From: a virus
Lineage: Duplodnaviria; Caudoviricetes
Length of the DNA stretch: 58,071 bases
Strand: one strand, 5' to 3'
IMG/VR virus record: IMGVR_UViG_3300040946_000134
Span: 1-58,071 of that record
Part shown: positions 19,488 to 28,155 of the stretch, piece by piece
How positions within the stretch are numbered: position 1 is the first letter of the stretch
Layout of the letters: each line of letters opens with the position of its first letter
The notes under the pieces: generated by a model
Databases searched by the model: none
What the model was told of the DNA's origin: nothing
What the model saw: the letters and a program-made list of their open reading frames with translations, nothing else
Translations under genes and position numbers: made by a program

Positions 19488-20235
19488 TCGCGGCCTCCCA
19501 TTTATCCGACTTCTTCAGGTTGTCCGATTTCCAAAGAGGTTGGAGATTCGTGTAATGGAAACAGCACCGCTGCTGCGCAGCGTCTAAAAGGTCAAACGAA
19601 GCGCATGGCCTGATATGATCGATATGCCATTCGCTCCTGTTTTCCCATGTCATGCCCGGCAGGAATAGAGATTCTATATGATTACGAAGCTGTTCTTTGG
19701 AGCATCCCGTTAAACCCATCGTCGTAGATGCCCGTTGTTTTCCGTGAAGGGCACCGTACATACGCGTCCTTAAACGGTTTTTAAGAGCCCCCTCTGGAGT
19801 CTTTAATACCGCCTGGGAATACTCTCTAAAATATGTCGGATTGGACTCTTTAAACCTCCTCATCTTTTGGCGTTTAACTTCGCTAGGCATCGCCGCCCGA
19901 AGCGCGTTTTGCCTCTGGCGCTCTTTCTCTACCCAAATTGGATCGGCTAGCTTTGAAAGCCTCCATTTTCGGGTGCGCTCAATTCTATGCGCCCTTTGTT
20001 CCGGTGTTTCTGGAGGCTGCTTTGCTTTCCACGCAAGCATGTACGCCTTCCTTTTCTCCCTGCGATCTTCATCGCTGGAATAAACCAAGGGCTTCTTAGG
20101 CCACAGAATCCTCCATTCCGGAGAGTCCGTGCCCTTTCCTTGCCGCTTTAGCAGATTAAGGGCACGTTGATATTCCCGGAAATATCTCCTTCCGTCCTCC
20201 GGGTCTTTCCAATTGATTGGCGAGATAGGGCCCAC
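19477..20235 (-). CDS. Free-standing HNH homing-type endonuclease
   Basis: LTGCSKEQLRNHIESLFLPGMTWEN..WHIDHIRPCASFDL...CFHYTNLQPLWKSDNLKK; visibly lower GC; start uncertain. Confidence 0.85.
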   Translation of the reverse strand: MGPISPINWKDPEDGRRYFREYQRALNLLKRQGKGTDSPEWRILWPKKPLVYSSDEDRREKRKAYMLAWKAKQPPETPEQRAHRIERTRKWRLSKLADPIWVEKERQRQNALRAAMPSEVKRQKMRRFKESNPTYFREYSQAVLKTPEGALKNRLRTRMYGALHGKQRASTTMGLTGCSKEQLRNHIESLFLPGMTWENRSEWHIDHIRPCASFDLLDAAQQRCCFHYTNLQPLWKSDNLKKSDKWEAANGI

Positions 20236-20240
20236 ATCAA

Positions 20241-20588
20241 TTATTTCGGTCGGCTCTTGTCTTCGAGCTTCGAGAGTCGAGCCTGGAGATCCTTGACCGT
20301 CTGGGCAAGCTGGGCCGTCTTCAGCTTCTCTTCCGCGAGGAGCTGCTGCGCGTTGTTCATGCGCTGCGTCTGGTCGATGGACGTGCTGACGGCCCCCTGC
20401 GAAACCGCCGCCCAATTGTCGGCAACTTCCTTGGGGACGACTCCGCTCTCCCCTGGCTTGACGACGGTGACCACCCCGGTCTTCTTGTCCTTGTGCTTGT
20501 AGACGGCCGGGGAACGGTTGTAGACGAGAGCGGTGGCGGGCACGGGGCTAGCCTCCGCTGGTGTTTTACTGGCGTTTTGTTCTGGCAT
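20241..20588 (-). CDS. Hypothetical head-associated protein with C-terminal coiled coil
   Basis: ORF right after the major capsid gene. Confidence 0.6.
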   Translation of the reverse strand: MPEQNASKTPAEASPVPATALVYNRSPAVYKHKDKKTGVVTVVKPGESGVVPKEVADNWAAVSQGAVSTSIDQTQRMNNAQQLLAEEKLKTAQLAQTVKDLQARLSKLEDKSRPK

Positions 20589-20597
20589 AAAATGGGT

Positions 20598-20618
20598 GCC
20601 CCGGTTTCGGCCCGGGGC
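20598..20618 (-). terminator. GC-rich hairpin after major capsid gene (terminator or stabiliser)
   Basis: GCCCCGG-GCCGAAA-CCGGGGC followed by ACCCATTTT. Confidence 0.4.
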
Positions 20619-20644
20619 TCGCCGTTTCGCTACTGGCTTTGGGC

Positions 20645-21814
20645 TCAGTACGTGAACCTCAGGACTTCCAGGTTCTTGAGCACCGTGACTCCGGTGATCT
20701 GGCCATAGGCCGCGTCCTGGAACTGGAGGTTGTTGATCGTGCCGGCCTGCGTGACCGTGTAGTCCACCGGGATGTTCATCCGGAGGGTCCGGGCATCGTT
20801 CCGATAGAGCATGTAGTAGTGGCTGCCGGCCGGGTTATTGGCCGCGTCACAGTACGCGCTCGGGACGATGTTGAACTCCGCCTCCTTCTGCCTGACGGCT
20901 GCCTTGAAGGCGTCCTCCAGGTAGCGGATCATCGGGACCGGGTACGTGCCGACGGTTCCCGGGACGAGCGTCTGCAGGCCCAGGTAGTCGGTATACGGGA
21001 TCACGAACGTGTTCGGCAGGGCCGTGCTGTTCGTGTTCGTCCAGTAGTCCGCGATCAGGTCTTGGAGGAACGTGGTGAACCCGGAGGCGCTCAGGGCGCT
21101 GATCGGGCCTGTGATGAAGCCGGTGGTCGTGTTGATGTTCGTGTTTGTCAGGAGGCCCGGCATGCGGGTGTCCGTGGCGGAACCGATCATCGCGATCTTC
21201 TGGACCAGGAGATCCCAGTTGGTCTTCCGGGCCATGTGCAGCTCGGAGATGAGATCCCAGTTGTTTGCGCGGAGCGCCTGCTCCACGTCGATCAGGGAGT
21301 ACGCGACCCCCTTGATCCAGTTCGCGATGTAGGTCGTCACGCCGTCCACCGCAACGTCCACCATCGAGAGGCGCTGCTCGCCGCCGCCGTCCCGAACGAA
21401 GCCCGACTCCGGGTCATCCGCGAGGGAATACGTGCGGTTGGTTAGCAAGGCGCGGGAGAAGGCACCTTCCCCGATGCGGATCGGGATGTGGGCCCCAACG
21501 TTCTCCAGGTAGAAGCTCTGCCTGGTGATCTCCTTGATGATGTAGGTCAGGGTGTCCGTCTGGATCTGGTACCCCGTTGCCGTGTCCGCCGTGTCTCCCA
21601 CGGCGTTGAGGCGGAGGTCCGGACCGTTGTTGCGGTCCCCGCGGGAGAAGATGGACCGGCCCTGAAGGTCGATGTCCTCTAGGAACTCCGGGACGTAAAT
21701 CTCGTTGTTCCTGATGATGCAGCAGGGATGAATGTTCTTCTCGGCGTCGCGGAGTTCCGTTCTGCCGTTTCCAACCACCACCTTGCCCGTTGGCCTGTAG
21801 AATACGCTCTTCAT
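20645..21814 (-). CDS. Major capsid protein (DUF2184-like, HK97 fold)
   Basis: GVAYSLIDVEQA, QKIAMIG...MPGLLTN, PNTFVIP, YMLYRND..LRMNIP motifs; position after protease and decoration genes. Confidence 0.85.
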   Translation of the reverse strand: MKSVFYRPTGKVVVGNGRTELRDAEKNIHPCCIIRNNEIYVPEFLEDIDLQGRSIFSRGDRNNGPDLRLNAVGDTADTATGYQIQTDTLTYIIKEITRQSFYLENVGAHIPIRIGEGAFSRALLTNRTYSLADDPESGFVRDGGGEQRLSMVDVAVDGVTTYIANWIKGVAYSLIDVEQALRANNWDLISELHMARKTNWDLLVQKIAMIGSATDTRMPGLLTNTNINTTTGFITGPISALSASGFTTFLQDLIADYWTNTNSTALPNTFVIPYTDYLGLQTLVPGTVGTYPVPMIRYLEDAFKAAVRQKEAEFNIVPSAYCDAANNPAGSHYYMLYRNDARTLRMNIPVDYTVTQAGTINNLQFQDAAYGQITGVTVLKNLEVLRFTY

Positions 21815-21831
21815 TGTAGGTGTCTCCTTGG

Positions 21832-22347
21832 TTACGGGGCGATGGTGACCGTGCTTGCTCCGTTAAGACCCGGATCAATCGCGATCCGGATGAGTCCCGC
21901 GGCGGAGTTCTGTCCGACCGCGTAACCGAGAGTGTAGTCCCCGCTCGTGGCGTCCGTTGCCACCGTCGGGTCGTTGGCCGTCGAAGCCGGGTTCGTGACC
22001 GAGACCCGCGCCCCGCGGTTGACCGCGGCGGAGCTGGCCAGGTGGATGATGTTGCCCTTGGTGGCAACGTTCATCTGGTCGCCCGGAACATACACGTTCT
22101 TTTGTTTCGAATACTCGACCACGCCGTACACCGGGCCGTCCGAAGGGGAAAGCGTGGCGTCGACTATGATCTGGGGTCCCACGAAGGCGACCAGCTTGAC
22201 CGCCACTCCAGCGGTCATCAGGCCGGTGCCCAGGGAGGACGACGGATTGAATTGCACCGGGATGGTTGCCGGTTGCGGGTCCATCGTCAGCTGACCGATG
22301 ACGGCCGACTGCGTGAACTGGTTTTGGTTCAGGCTGAGGTGTGACAT
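21832..22347 (-). CDS. Capsid decoration/cement protein
   Basis: Small beta-rich ORF between protease and MCP. Confidence 0.7.
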   Translation of the reverse strand: MSHLSLNQNQFTQSAVIGQLTMDPQPATIPVQFNPSSSLGTGLMTAGVAVKLVAFVGPQIIVDATLSPSDGPVYGVVEYSKQKNVYVPGDQMNVATKGNIIHLASSAAVNRGARVSVTNPASTANDPTVATDATSGDYTLGYAVGQNSAAGLIRIAIDPGLNGASTVTIAP

Positions 22348-22374
22348 GATTGTGTCTCTGGTTGAAGTTCCGGG

Positions 22375-23475
22375 TTAGTTGCGGCCAACTCCCGCCCGGG
22401 AACCGACCGGCTTCCCGTAGCGTTCGCGTCCAAGGGCCACGCCGTCGTCGAGGCTTCCGGACATCCCCGTGGAATAGTCCGGCGTCTCCCGCTGCGTCCC
22501 CTTCTTCTGTGCCTCCTGGAGAATCCGGAAGGACTCCTGCCCGCGTTTCTTCGCGTTCTCGCGCTCTTGCTCTTCGCGCGCCGCCTTCTCTTGGGCAATC
22601 CGGTCCGCGATGGCCTTGTCCGCCACCGCCTTCTCGTCCGCGAGCTTCTTGTCGGCCGCGGCCTGGGCGTTCTGGCGCTCCTGGTCCTCACGGGCCTTCT
22701 TCTGCTCCGGCGTCTCCGCGCCCTTATCATTGCAGCGCATCGCGTTCGCGCGGAAATGGTCGATTAGTGTCTTGGCGTGATACCGGATTCCCTCGTGCTC
22801 GATGTAGTCGTCTGGGGCGATCACGTGAACGGCGTTCGCCCGCTCCGCGTCGATCATTTCCTGGATCGTGGCGGTTCTGCCCTCTCCCAGGTCGATCTTG
22901 GCGTCGAGGGGAAGCTCGTGCGCTTCCTCCGTCGGCTTGTCACCGACGATCTTGGTCTTGATCCACTTTGCAATGTTCATTGGCTTTTTCGCGTTGAGTC
23001 TGATGTCGGCCTCCTCGATTCGCGGGTTTTCCACGAGGGCGAGGTGATGAAATTCGATTCTTGTGTCCTCCTGCGTGTATGGGATCTGCCCCCAGGTACC
23101 AGGTCCGGCGGACTCTAGGACGGTGAAGCCGCAAGAGGTTCCGTAACCCTCATTTATCCGCTCACGCGCCGCGTCCGTCTCAACGGTTCCCTCCGCGACG
23201 TAGAAGCCAGAGGCCTCGTCGTAACCGACCTTGTCCACCCGGCCGTGCGCTACGTCCGTCCAGTTTCGTGAAACGATTATCTCTTTGGACGGGTGCCCTA
23301 TCGTGAGAACCGCCCCGACCATGGAGTTCAAGCAGAGGTCGATGGTCTGCTTCTTCACCAGGTCCACGCCGCCCCTCTGGTCGCGGTAGGAGATCAGGCC
23401 CGGGACGATGAAATGGCTCTTGAACCTCTTGCCGGACGGAGCGATGTTGATGCGCTCGACCTTGCACTCCACCAA
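22375..23475 (-). CDS. Capsid maturation protease/scaffold (DUF2213-like)
   Basis: LTIGHP, TSCGF, FHHLALVENPR protease motifs; charged helical scaffold C-terminus. Confidence 0.85.
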   Translation of the reverse strand: MVECKVERINIAPSGKRFKSHFIVPGLISYRDQRGGVDLVKKQTIDLCLNSMVGAVLTIGHPSKEIIVSRNWTDVAHGRVDKVGYDEASGFYVAEGTVETDAARERINEGYGTSCGFTVLESAGPGTWGQIPYTQEDTRIEFHHLALVENPRIEEADIRLNAKKPMNIAKWIKTKIVGDKPTEEAHELPLDAKIDLGEGRTATIQEMIDAERANAVHVIAPDDYIEHEGIRYHAKTLIDHFRANAMRCNDKGAETPEQKKAREDQERQNAQAAADKKLADEKAVADKAIADRIAQEKAAREEQERENAKKRGQESFRILQEAQKKGTQRETPDYSTGMSGSLDDGVALGRERYGKPVGSRAGVGRN

Positions 23476-23521
23476 GCGTGGTTCCGCGGCCTCGGTCTTC
23501 TGAACGGGAGGATCTAGGACT

Positions 23522-23737
23522 TCAGCCGGCAGTCATCGTGGGAGCGGGCTGAAGCGGAGCCGCAAGGGCAGCCTGGGCTTCCAGCCGAGCAAGTGTTCTT
23601 TTCCGCGATTCAATGGCCTGTGTAATACCCACCTTCTTCTCCTCTATGCAAGAAATTTCTTTGCGCAGCCTGTCGATGCGCTCCTTAAGTTGCGCTGGGG
23701 TAGCGGTATCCCGCAGATAGACGACCCTGTACGCCAC
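23522..23737 (-). CDS. Hypothetical coiled-coil protein
   Basis: Fills gap in operon. Confidence 0.45.
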   Translation of the reverse strand: MAYRVVYLRDTATPAQLKERIDRLRKEISCIEEKKVGITQAIESRKRTLARLEAQAALAAPLQPAPTMTAG

Positions 23738-23740
23738 CGG

Positions 23741-24049
23741 CTACTTTCTCCCTTCCGGCCAGAGTCGGTTGTCAACCGATAGGACCAATTCCTTCGCCTG
23801 ACCCTCGGAAATTATCCCGCGTGAATACGCCTGAATGATCAGCTGCTTCGAGAAGCTGGCGAATGAGGTTAATGAAAGTTTAATAAACCTCCTTTGCAGA
23901 AAGGTTTGTTGGGACATGAAGCGTTTATCTTCCGATTCCCACCCCTTTTTCCGCGCCTCCGCGCTCTCTGCGATGGCCCGTTGCTCTTTCTGCCGGCCGT
24001 CTTTCACGGCCGCGGATGCCTCTGCTGCTTTCAGTTTTCTGACGCTCAT
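23741..24049 (-). CDS. Hypothetical protein
   Basis: ATGA overlap with upstream gene. Confidence 0.55.
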   Translation of the reverse strand: MSVRKLKAAEASAAVKDGRQKEQRAIAESAEARKKGWESEDKRFMSQQTFLQRRFIKLSLTSFASFSKQLIIQAYSRGIISEGQAKELVLSVDNRLWPEGRK

Positions 24050-25113
24050 GCGGCCCTCCTTTCATGTTCCATCGCTACCTCGATGATCGGCCTAGCGAAG
24101 CATCGGCAGTTGAACGCCTCTCCCGGATTGTGATGCTCTCCTGTCCGCGGATTATCTACGGGCGGCTGATCCCAGTTTTGCCGCGTGCCATTGAGCGCCT
24201 GGTGTCCCGGGCGAACCCTATTGTCGTGGCGGCAATACCACACATACGAAGTTGAACCGGCGTTCTTCGCTCTCTCCATTCGGAACTTGGCCGTGAGCAG
24301 ACTCGTCTCTTGGGAGGCCAGGAAATTCGCCTTTCTCTTCGCCACCCCGAACTGCGCCTCTATCATCCGGGAGAGCTTGTCCAGACGCGCCCCGGACATA
24401 AGGTTGGCCTCGGCCATCTTCCTCAGCTCCAGAACTTGATCAGCGGAGAAGTTCTTGACCGATAGCTCTAGGTTCTGCGTGAGGGTCTTCACCAGCGCCT
24501 CGCGCACCGCAGGCTGAAGCTCTGGCGCGACCGTTATCGCCTCCAGCCCCTTCACGGACTTGTTGAACTGGGAGTTCAGGTCGATGAGGATTCTCGTTAT
24601 GGGCTGGGAAAGGTCCAGGCCGACTGGAGCCTGTGCCATGTTCCCGGCTATCTGAGTCAGCGTAGTTATGACCGCCCTATGCGCCGCCTCCGCCTGAGCC
24701 TGTGCCGTGGAAAGAGCGCCCCGGAGCTGGAATGGGATGGACGCCTCTTCGATCTTGTACACGCCCTTCTCCGAGTCATACCGAGCCCCAAGCGCCCTTA
24801 ATTCCCTGCTGACTTCTGAACCGAATCCCTGATCACTGCCGAAAACCCCGTCCGCGTACCAAACCCGGCCGGTGGCCAAGGCCTCCTCCAGGGCTGATCT
24901 CCCCGCGTTCTGCCTCTCCTCCCGGTTCAGTTTTTCCTTCCCGCTCTCGTCGAACTTTATGGCCTGATCCTTCGGGTTCAAGATCACCCCGGCTTCTATC
25001 AGGACGTCGAAGAGGGGCCTGAAAACCGCGTCTTTGAAGTAGGCCAGAAGCTCGCGTTCGACAAGCTGTCCGTACCCCTCTCGCCAGATAACGGGCTGGA
25101 GTATGCGCTGCAT
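24046..25113 (-). CDS. Head morphogenesis protein (SPP1 gp7 / Mu F-like)
   Basis: KANFLASQET, YVWYCRHDNRVRPGHQALNG, NPGEAFNCRCFARP motifs. Confidence 0.9.
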   Translation of the reverse strand: MQRILQPVIWREGYGQLVERELLAYFKDAVFRPLFDVLIEAGVILNPKDQAIKFDESGKEKLNREERQNAGRSALEEALATGRVWYADGVFGSDQGFGSEVSRELRALGARYDSEKGVYKIEEASIPFQLRGALSTAQAQAEAAHRAVITTLTQIAGNMAQAPVGLDLSQPITRILIDLNSQFNKSVKGLEAITVAPELQPAVREALVKTLTQNLELSVKNFSADQVLELRKMAEANLMSGARLDKLSRMIEAQFGVAKRKANFLASQETSLLTAKFRMERAKNAGSTSYVWYCRHDNRVRPGHQALNGTRQNWDQPPVDNPRTGEHHNPGEAFNCRCFARPIIEVAMEHERRAA

Positions 25114-25176
25114 CTTTGCTCTCCCTCTTGACATCAGGCTTGGCAATGGCAAGAAATCTTGCCTCTAAGAATTACC

Positions 25177-25953
25177 ATGAGCGAACTAAATGACCCGCTG
25201 GTTAACGCAGCTCTAGCCGGCGAGGGAACCATACCGAAGGCGCGGAACCCGAAAAAGATTTTCATGGGCTCCGCCATGCAGGACTCCATGCGCAAGGAAA
25301 CCTCTAATTTCTGGTCCAGCATCCGAGCCGGAATGATCCCCGACTACAAGTTCGTCACACTTCGCCTGAGCGGGTACGGGCTTCCCAAGTGTAGGAACGT
25401 CCTCACCTGGGTGGCGCGGCAGACGGACTGCGGCCGCATCATGATGGTGGACTCCGACATGAACCCAAGGCTAGAGGACGTGGTCAGGCTCCTGAGCCAC
25501 GACGTCGAGCTGGTCTCCGGCTGCTACCCGCAGAAGCGGTTCGACAAGCTCTCCTGGGTTGGTAACTTCTCCGGACCGGCCGGGCCCAACGGTCTAGCAC
25601 CGGCATATGACTTCGGTGGCGGCTTCTGCTCCATAAGCCTGGATTTCATTGACAAGATGGTCGAGCACTACCCGGAGACGGCCTTCGAGTCCGAGGATGA
25701 TCCCTGGCGCGGGAAGATCATGCATGATCTCTGGAGCAACGGACCCGTGACGGACGAATGGCATGGGAGGAAGTATTCTCGCTATCTGACCGAGGACTAT
25801 TACCTATGCTACCGGGCGCGCAAGATGGGCGTTACACCATGGATGGACTCCGGCTGTCAGGTCGGGCACGTTGGAAGCATCGACTACCTGCAGTTATGGA
25901 TGGGCGTGAAGGTTCTTGAGAACCAGTCGATCTTCCGGGCCCCAACGGATTAA
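25177..25953 (+). CDS. GT-A fold glycosyltransferase-like protein (only credible plus-strand gene)
   Basis: LPKCRN, IMMVDSD (DxD), VSGCYPQK, GGGF, YLTEDYYLCYRARKMG...VGHVG motifs; TTGACA at 25129-25134 upstream. Confidence 0.8.
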   Translation: MSELNDPLVNAALAGEGTIPKARNPKKIFMGSAMQDSMRKETSNFWSSIRAGMIPDYKFVTLRLSGYGLPKCRNVLTWVARQTDCGRIMMVDSDMNPRLEDVVRLLSHDVELVSGCYPQKRFDKLSWVGNFSGPAGPNGLAPAYDFGGGFCSISLDFIDKMVEHYPETAFESEDDPWRGKIMHDLWSNGPVTDEWHGRKYSRYLTEDYYLCYRARKMGVTPWMDSGCQVGHVGSIDYLQLWMGVKVLENQSIFRAPTD

Positions 25954-26582
25954 GTCATCAGGAACGGAGTCCAGTGAGGATGCTTGGCCTCCCGTATGGC
26001 GAAGGTCATTGGAACGGACGGTGGCGCTTTCGGGGCGCGCAGAAGCTGGAGACCGGCCTCCCGGTTCAGCCTGTTACCCTTCCGGCTATTGATCTCCACG
26101 TGGGACAGAACCAGGTTCTCCCAGGTGTCACGGCCTCCAAGATCCCGCGGAAGAACGTGGTCTATGTTTCCCTCGCTCGGCTTGAGCCTGCGGCCGGTGT
26201 ACTGGCAGACCCCTTGGTCACGCTCCCAGATCCCACGCCGGCAGAGACGCGGGCGCTTCATCGGGATCTTGTCGTAATTCTGCTGGATGATCACGGTCGG
26301 TGCGCGGATGCCGCCGTTCACGGTAGCGATAGCAAGGTCGTGTTCCCGGACCGGAAGCTGAATCCAGTCCTCCCATGGAACGGGCGAGGCGTTGGTCAAC
26401 TGGCCCATGTCCAGGCTTCCGTCCTCTCTACGCATAAAGTCCACGTCCATCCCGAACGCCGGGTGCCCTCCGCTGAGTCCTCCGGCCATCGCTATGACGG
26501 CCTCCCCCACGGTGAGCATTCCTATAGGCCTCCAGCTCCTGTTGAGGGAGAGGCAGATGGTTTTGTCGAGGACTCCTGTCAT
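25950..26582 (-). CDS. HNH endonuclease immediately downstream of the tRNA array
   Basis: LSLNRSWRPI, PTVII, IWERDQGVCQYTG, NIDHVLPRDLGGRDTWENLV...NSRKGN. Confidence 0.9.
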   Translation of the reverse strand: MTGVLDKTICLSLNRSWRPIGMLTVGEAVIAMAGGLSGGHPAFGMDVDFMRREDGSLDMGQLTNASPVPWEDWIQLPVREHDLAIATVNGGIRAPTVIIQQNYDKIPMKRPRLCRRGIWERDQGVCQYTGRRLKPSEGNIDHVLPRDLGGRDTWENLVLSHVEINSRKGNRLNREAGLQLLRAPKAPPSVPMTFAIREAKHPHWTPFLMT

Positions 26583-26595
26583 GGGAAAGGCTGCG

Positions 26596-26610
26596 CGTTC
26601 TTTTCGCAAA
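26596..26610. repeat. Inverted-repeat arm A of array-bracketing pair (CGTTCTTTTCGCAAA)
   Basis: Exact reverse complement of 29722-29736. Confidence 0.85.
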
Positions 26611-26612
26611 AG

Positions 26613-26699
26613 TGGCGGAAGGCATCCCTGCTGCCGAGAATCCCCTTCGGGACGATCCGGTTAGCAACCGGTCACGCGGGCTGCCGCGTTTTACCTTCC
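26613..26699 (-). tRNA. tRNA-Ser(GCT)
   Basis: Loop TTGCTAA, long variable arm, G73, CCA. Confidence 0.8.
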
Positions 26700-26703
26700 A
26701 AGA

Positions 26704-26795
26704 TGGCGGTGAGTTGAGGACCTGCCCCCCAGCCCATTTCTGGACGCCTGGTTTTCGAGACCAGTCGGCGCTCTATTGCACCTGCTTAACTCACC
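26704..26795 (-). tRNA. tRNA-Ser(CGA)
   Basis: CTGGT-CTCGAAA-ACCAG, long variable arm, G73, CCA. Confidence 0.85.
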
Positions 26796-26796
26796 A

Positions 26797-26871
26797 TGGT
26801 TTTCCCGCGGGGACTCCCACCCCGATCATACGTTTAGGAAACGTAGGCCCTGTGTCTTGGACGACGGGAAA
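26797..26871 (-). tRNA. tRNA-Arg(CCT)
   Basis: TACGT-TTCCTAA-ACGTA, CCA. Confidence 0.85.
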
Positions 26872-26872
26872 G

Positions 26873-26949
26873 TGGTGCCTCACCAGGGACTTCAACCCGT
26901 GATTTCGCGGTCCGTAGCCGCGTGTCCTGTGCATTTGGACGAATGAGGC
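26873..26949 (-). tRNA. tRNA-Arg(ACG)
   Basis: CGCGG-CTACGGA-CCGCG, CCA. Confidence 0.85.
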
Positions 26950-26953
26950 GAAA

Positions 26954-27029
26954 TGGCATCGGCGGCAGGAGTTGCACCCGCATATAGCGGCTTAGAAGAC
27001 CGCGGCCTTTCTGTTCGAGCCACGCCGAC
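26954..27029 (-). tRNA. tRNA-Arg(TCT)
   Basis: GCGGT-CTTCTAA-GCCGC, CCA. Confidence 0.85.
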
Positions 27030-27030
27030 G

Positions 27031-27105
27031 TGGTGCCTCCCGCCGGACTCTCACCGGCATCGCAGCCTTCGGAGGGCTGAATCCTATATCTTGGATGAGG
27101 GAGGC
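27031..27105 (-). tRNA. tRNA-Arg(CCG)
   Basis: CAGCC-CTCCGAA-GGCTG, CCA. Confidence 0.85.
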
Positions 27106-27112
27106 CTGAAAT

Positions 27113-27190
27113 TGGGGTGGTCAACGGGAACTGCCCCCGTCCCCTCGCCTTCACAGGGCGATGTGCTTGCCTATCCACACTCTGACCACC
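27113..27190 (-). tRNA. tRNA-His(GTG)
   Basis: TCGCC-CTGTGAA-GGCGA, encoded G-1 and C73, CCA. Confidence 0.9.
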
Positions 27191-27191
27191 A

Positions 27192-27262
27192 TGGGGCCTT
27201 CGTTCGGTTCCGCCCCGAATTGGCCGCGCTACAAGGGCGGCTTCCCGACTACGGACGAAGGC
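27192..27262 (-). tRNA. tRNA-Thr(TGT), atypical (short D-arm, C-C mismatch closing anticodon loop)
   Basis: GCCTTCG/CGAAGGC acceptor, loop CTTGTAG, CCA. Confidence 0.6.
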
Positions 27263-27267
27263 GAAGC

Positions 27268-27342
27268 TGGATCTCCGCTCCGGGCTTGCGCCGGACTCCC
27301 CAGTTTACGGGACTGGCGCGTCGCTGCCTACGCTTGCGGAGA
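27268..27342 (-). tRNA. tRNA-Thr(CGT), C33
   Basis: CCAGT-CCCGTAA-ACTGG, CCA. Confidence 0.8.
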
Positions 27343-27343
27343 A

Positions 27344-27436
27344 TGGTGCTCCCGTCTGGTGCTGCCCCAGAACCCGGCGCTGATCTAGCGCGATTCCGCT
27401 TATAAGGCGGACGGTTCGACTGCGAACTGCGGGAGC
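27344..27436 (-). tRNA. tRNA-Ile(TAT) with long variable arm
   Basis: TCCGC-CTTATAA-GCGGA, variable hairpin GCGCT...AGCGC, A73, CCA. Confidence 0.75.
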
Positions 27437-27437
27437 G

Positions 27438-27510
27438 TGCCCAGGGTCGGACTCGCACCGACAACCTTCCGGTTTTAAGGCGGACGGCTCTTCTGTTGGC
27501 CTACCCGGGC
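27438..27510 (-). tRNA. tRNA-Leu(TAA), short variable loop, no encoded CCA
   Basis: TCCGC-CTTAAAA-CCGGA, A73. Confidence 0.7.
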
Positions 27511-27514
27511 AAGA

Positions 27515-27589
27515 TGGTGCGCGCGAAGGGATTTGCACCCATAGGACGGTGGGTTTGAGCCACCGATGTCTTCATTGCATCACACGCGC
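27515..27589 (-). tRNA. tRNA-Leu(CAA), short variable loop
   Basis: GGTGG-CTCAAAC-CCACC, A73, CCA. Confidence 0.8.
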
Positions 27590-27590
27590 A

Positions 27591-27665
27591 TGGTAGCCCA
27601 TCCGGGTGCCGCCCCCGGTTCTGAAGTTCGAGAAACTTCTGACTTAGCTGATGGTCGAATGGGCC
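27591..27665 (-). tRNA. tRNA-Glu(CTC)
   Basis: GAAGT-TTCTCGA-ACTTC, CCA. Confidence 0.85.
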
Positions 27666-27675
27666 ATACTGAAAT

Positions 27676-27760
27676 TGGTGGGCACGGCAGGACTCGCACC
27701 TGCAAAGGTCGCCGGTCTGAACGGCGTGGCTGTACTGATTCGCTCTGATCCCACGTGCCC
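27676..27760 (-). tRNA. tRNA-Leu(CAG), short variable loop, enlarged D region
   Basis: CGCCG-TTCAGAC-CGGCG, A73, CCA. Confidence 0.75.
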
Positions 27761-27769
27761 GTAGGAAAT

Positions 27770-27846
27770 TGGTGCCGGCGATAGGATTCGCACCTACACT
27801 TGCCACCTTCTCAGGATGGTGCCTCTTCTAGTTGGGCTACGTCGGC
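27770..27846 (-). tRNA. tRNA-Leu(GAG), short variable loop
   Basis: CCATC-CTGAGAA-GGTGG, A73, CCA. Confidence 0.8.
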
Positions 27847-27847
27847 A

Positions 27848-27923
27848 TGGATCTGGTTGCGGGAATTACACCCGCCATCACTCGCTTACCAAGCGAGGTC
27901 CGCGTTGTCTCGGAGTAACCAGA
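27848..27923 (-). tRNA. tRNA-Thr(GGT)
   Basis: CTCGC-TTGGTAA-GCGAG, CCA. Confidence 0.8.
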
Positions 27924-27924
27924 G

Positions 27925-27999
27925 TGGTGGGGACGTGGCGACTTGCACGCCTCTCTTCCGGGTAAGGGCCGGAGTCATCGCTTTCTATGAGTCATCCCC
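27925..27999 (-). tRNA. tRNA-Lys(CTT), C33
   Basis: TCCGG-CCCTTAC-CCGGA, CCA. Confidence 0.8.
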
Positions 28000-28000
28000 G

Positions 28001-28075
28001 TGGCAGTCCCCGAAGGATTCGCACCTTCACCTCAGCGGTTCAAAGCCGCGTGCGCTGCTGTTACGCTAGAGGACC
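28001..28075 (-). tRNA. tRNA-Gln(TTG)
   Basis: GCGG-CTTTGAA-CCGC, G73, CCA. Confidence 0.85.
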
Positions 28076-28079
28076 AAAG

Positions 28080-28154
28080 TGGTCGGAGCGGTGAGAGTCG
28101 GACTCACTTGGTCTTGTTCCCGAAACAAGTGCCTGGCCGTTAGGCTACGCTCCG
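28080..28154 (-). tRNA. tRNA-Pro(CGG)
   Basis: CTTGT-TTCGGGA-ACAAG, C1-G72, A73, CCA. Confidence 0.9.
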
Positions 28155-28155
28155 C

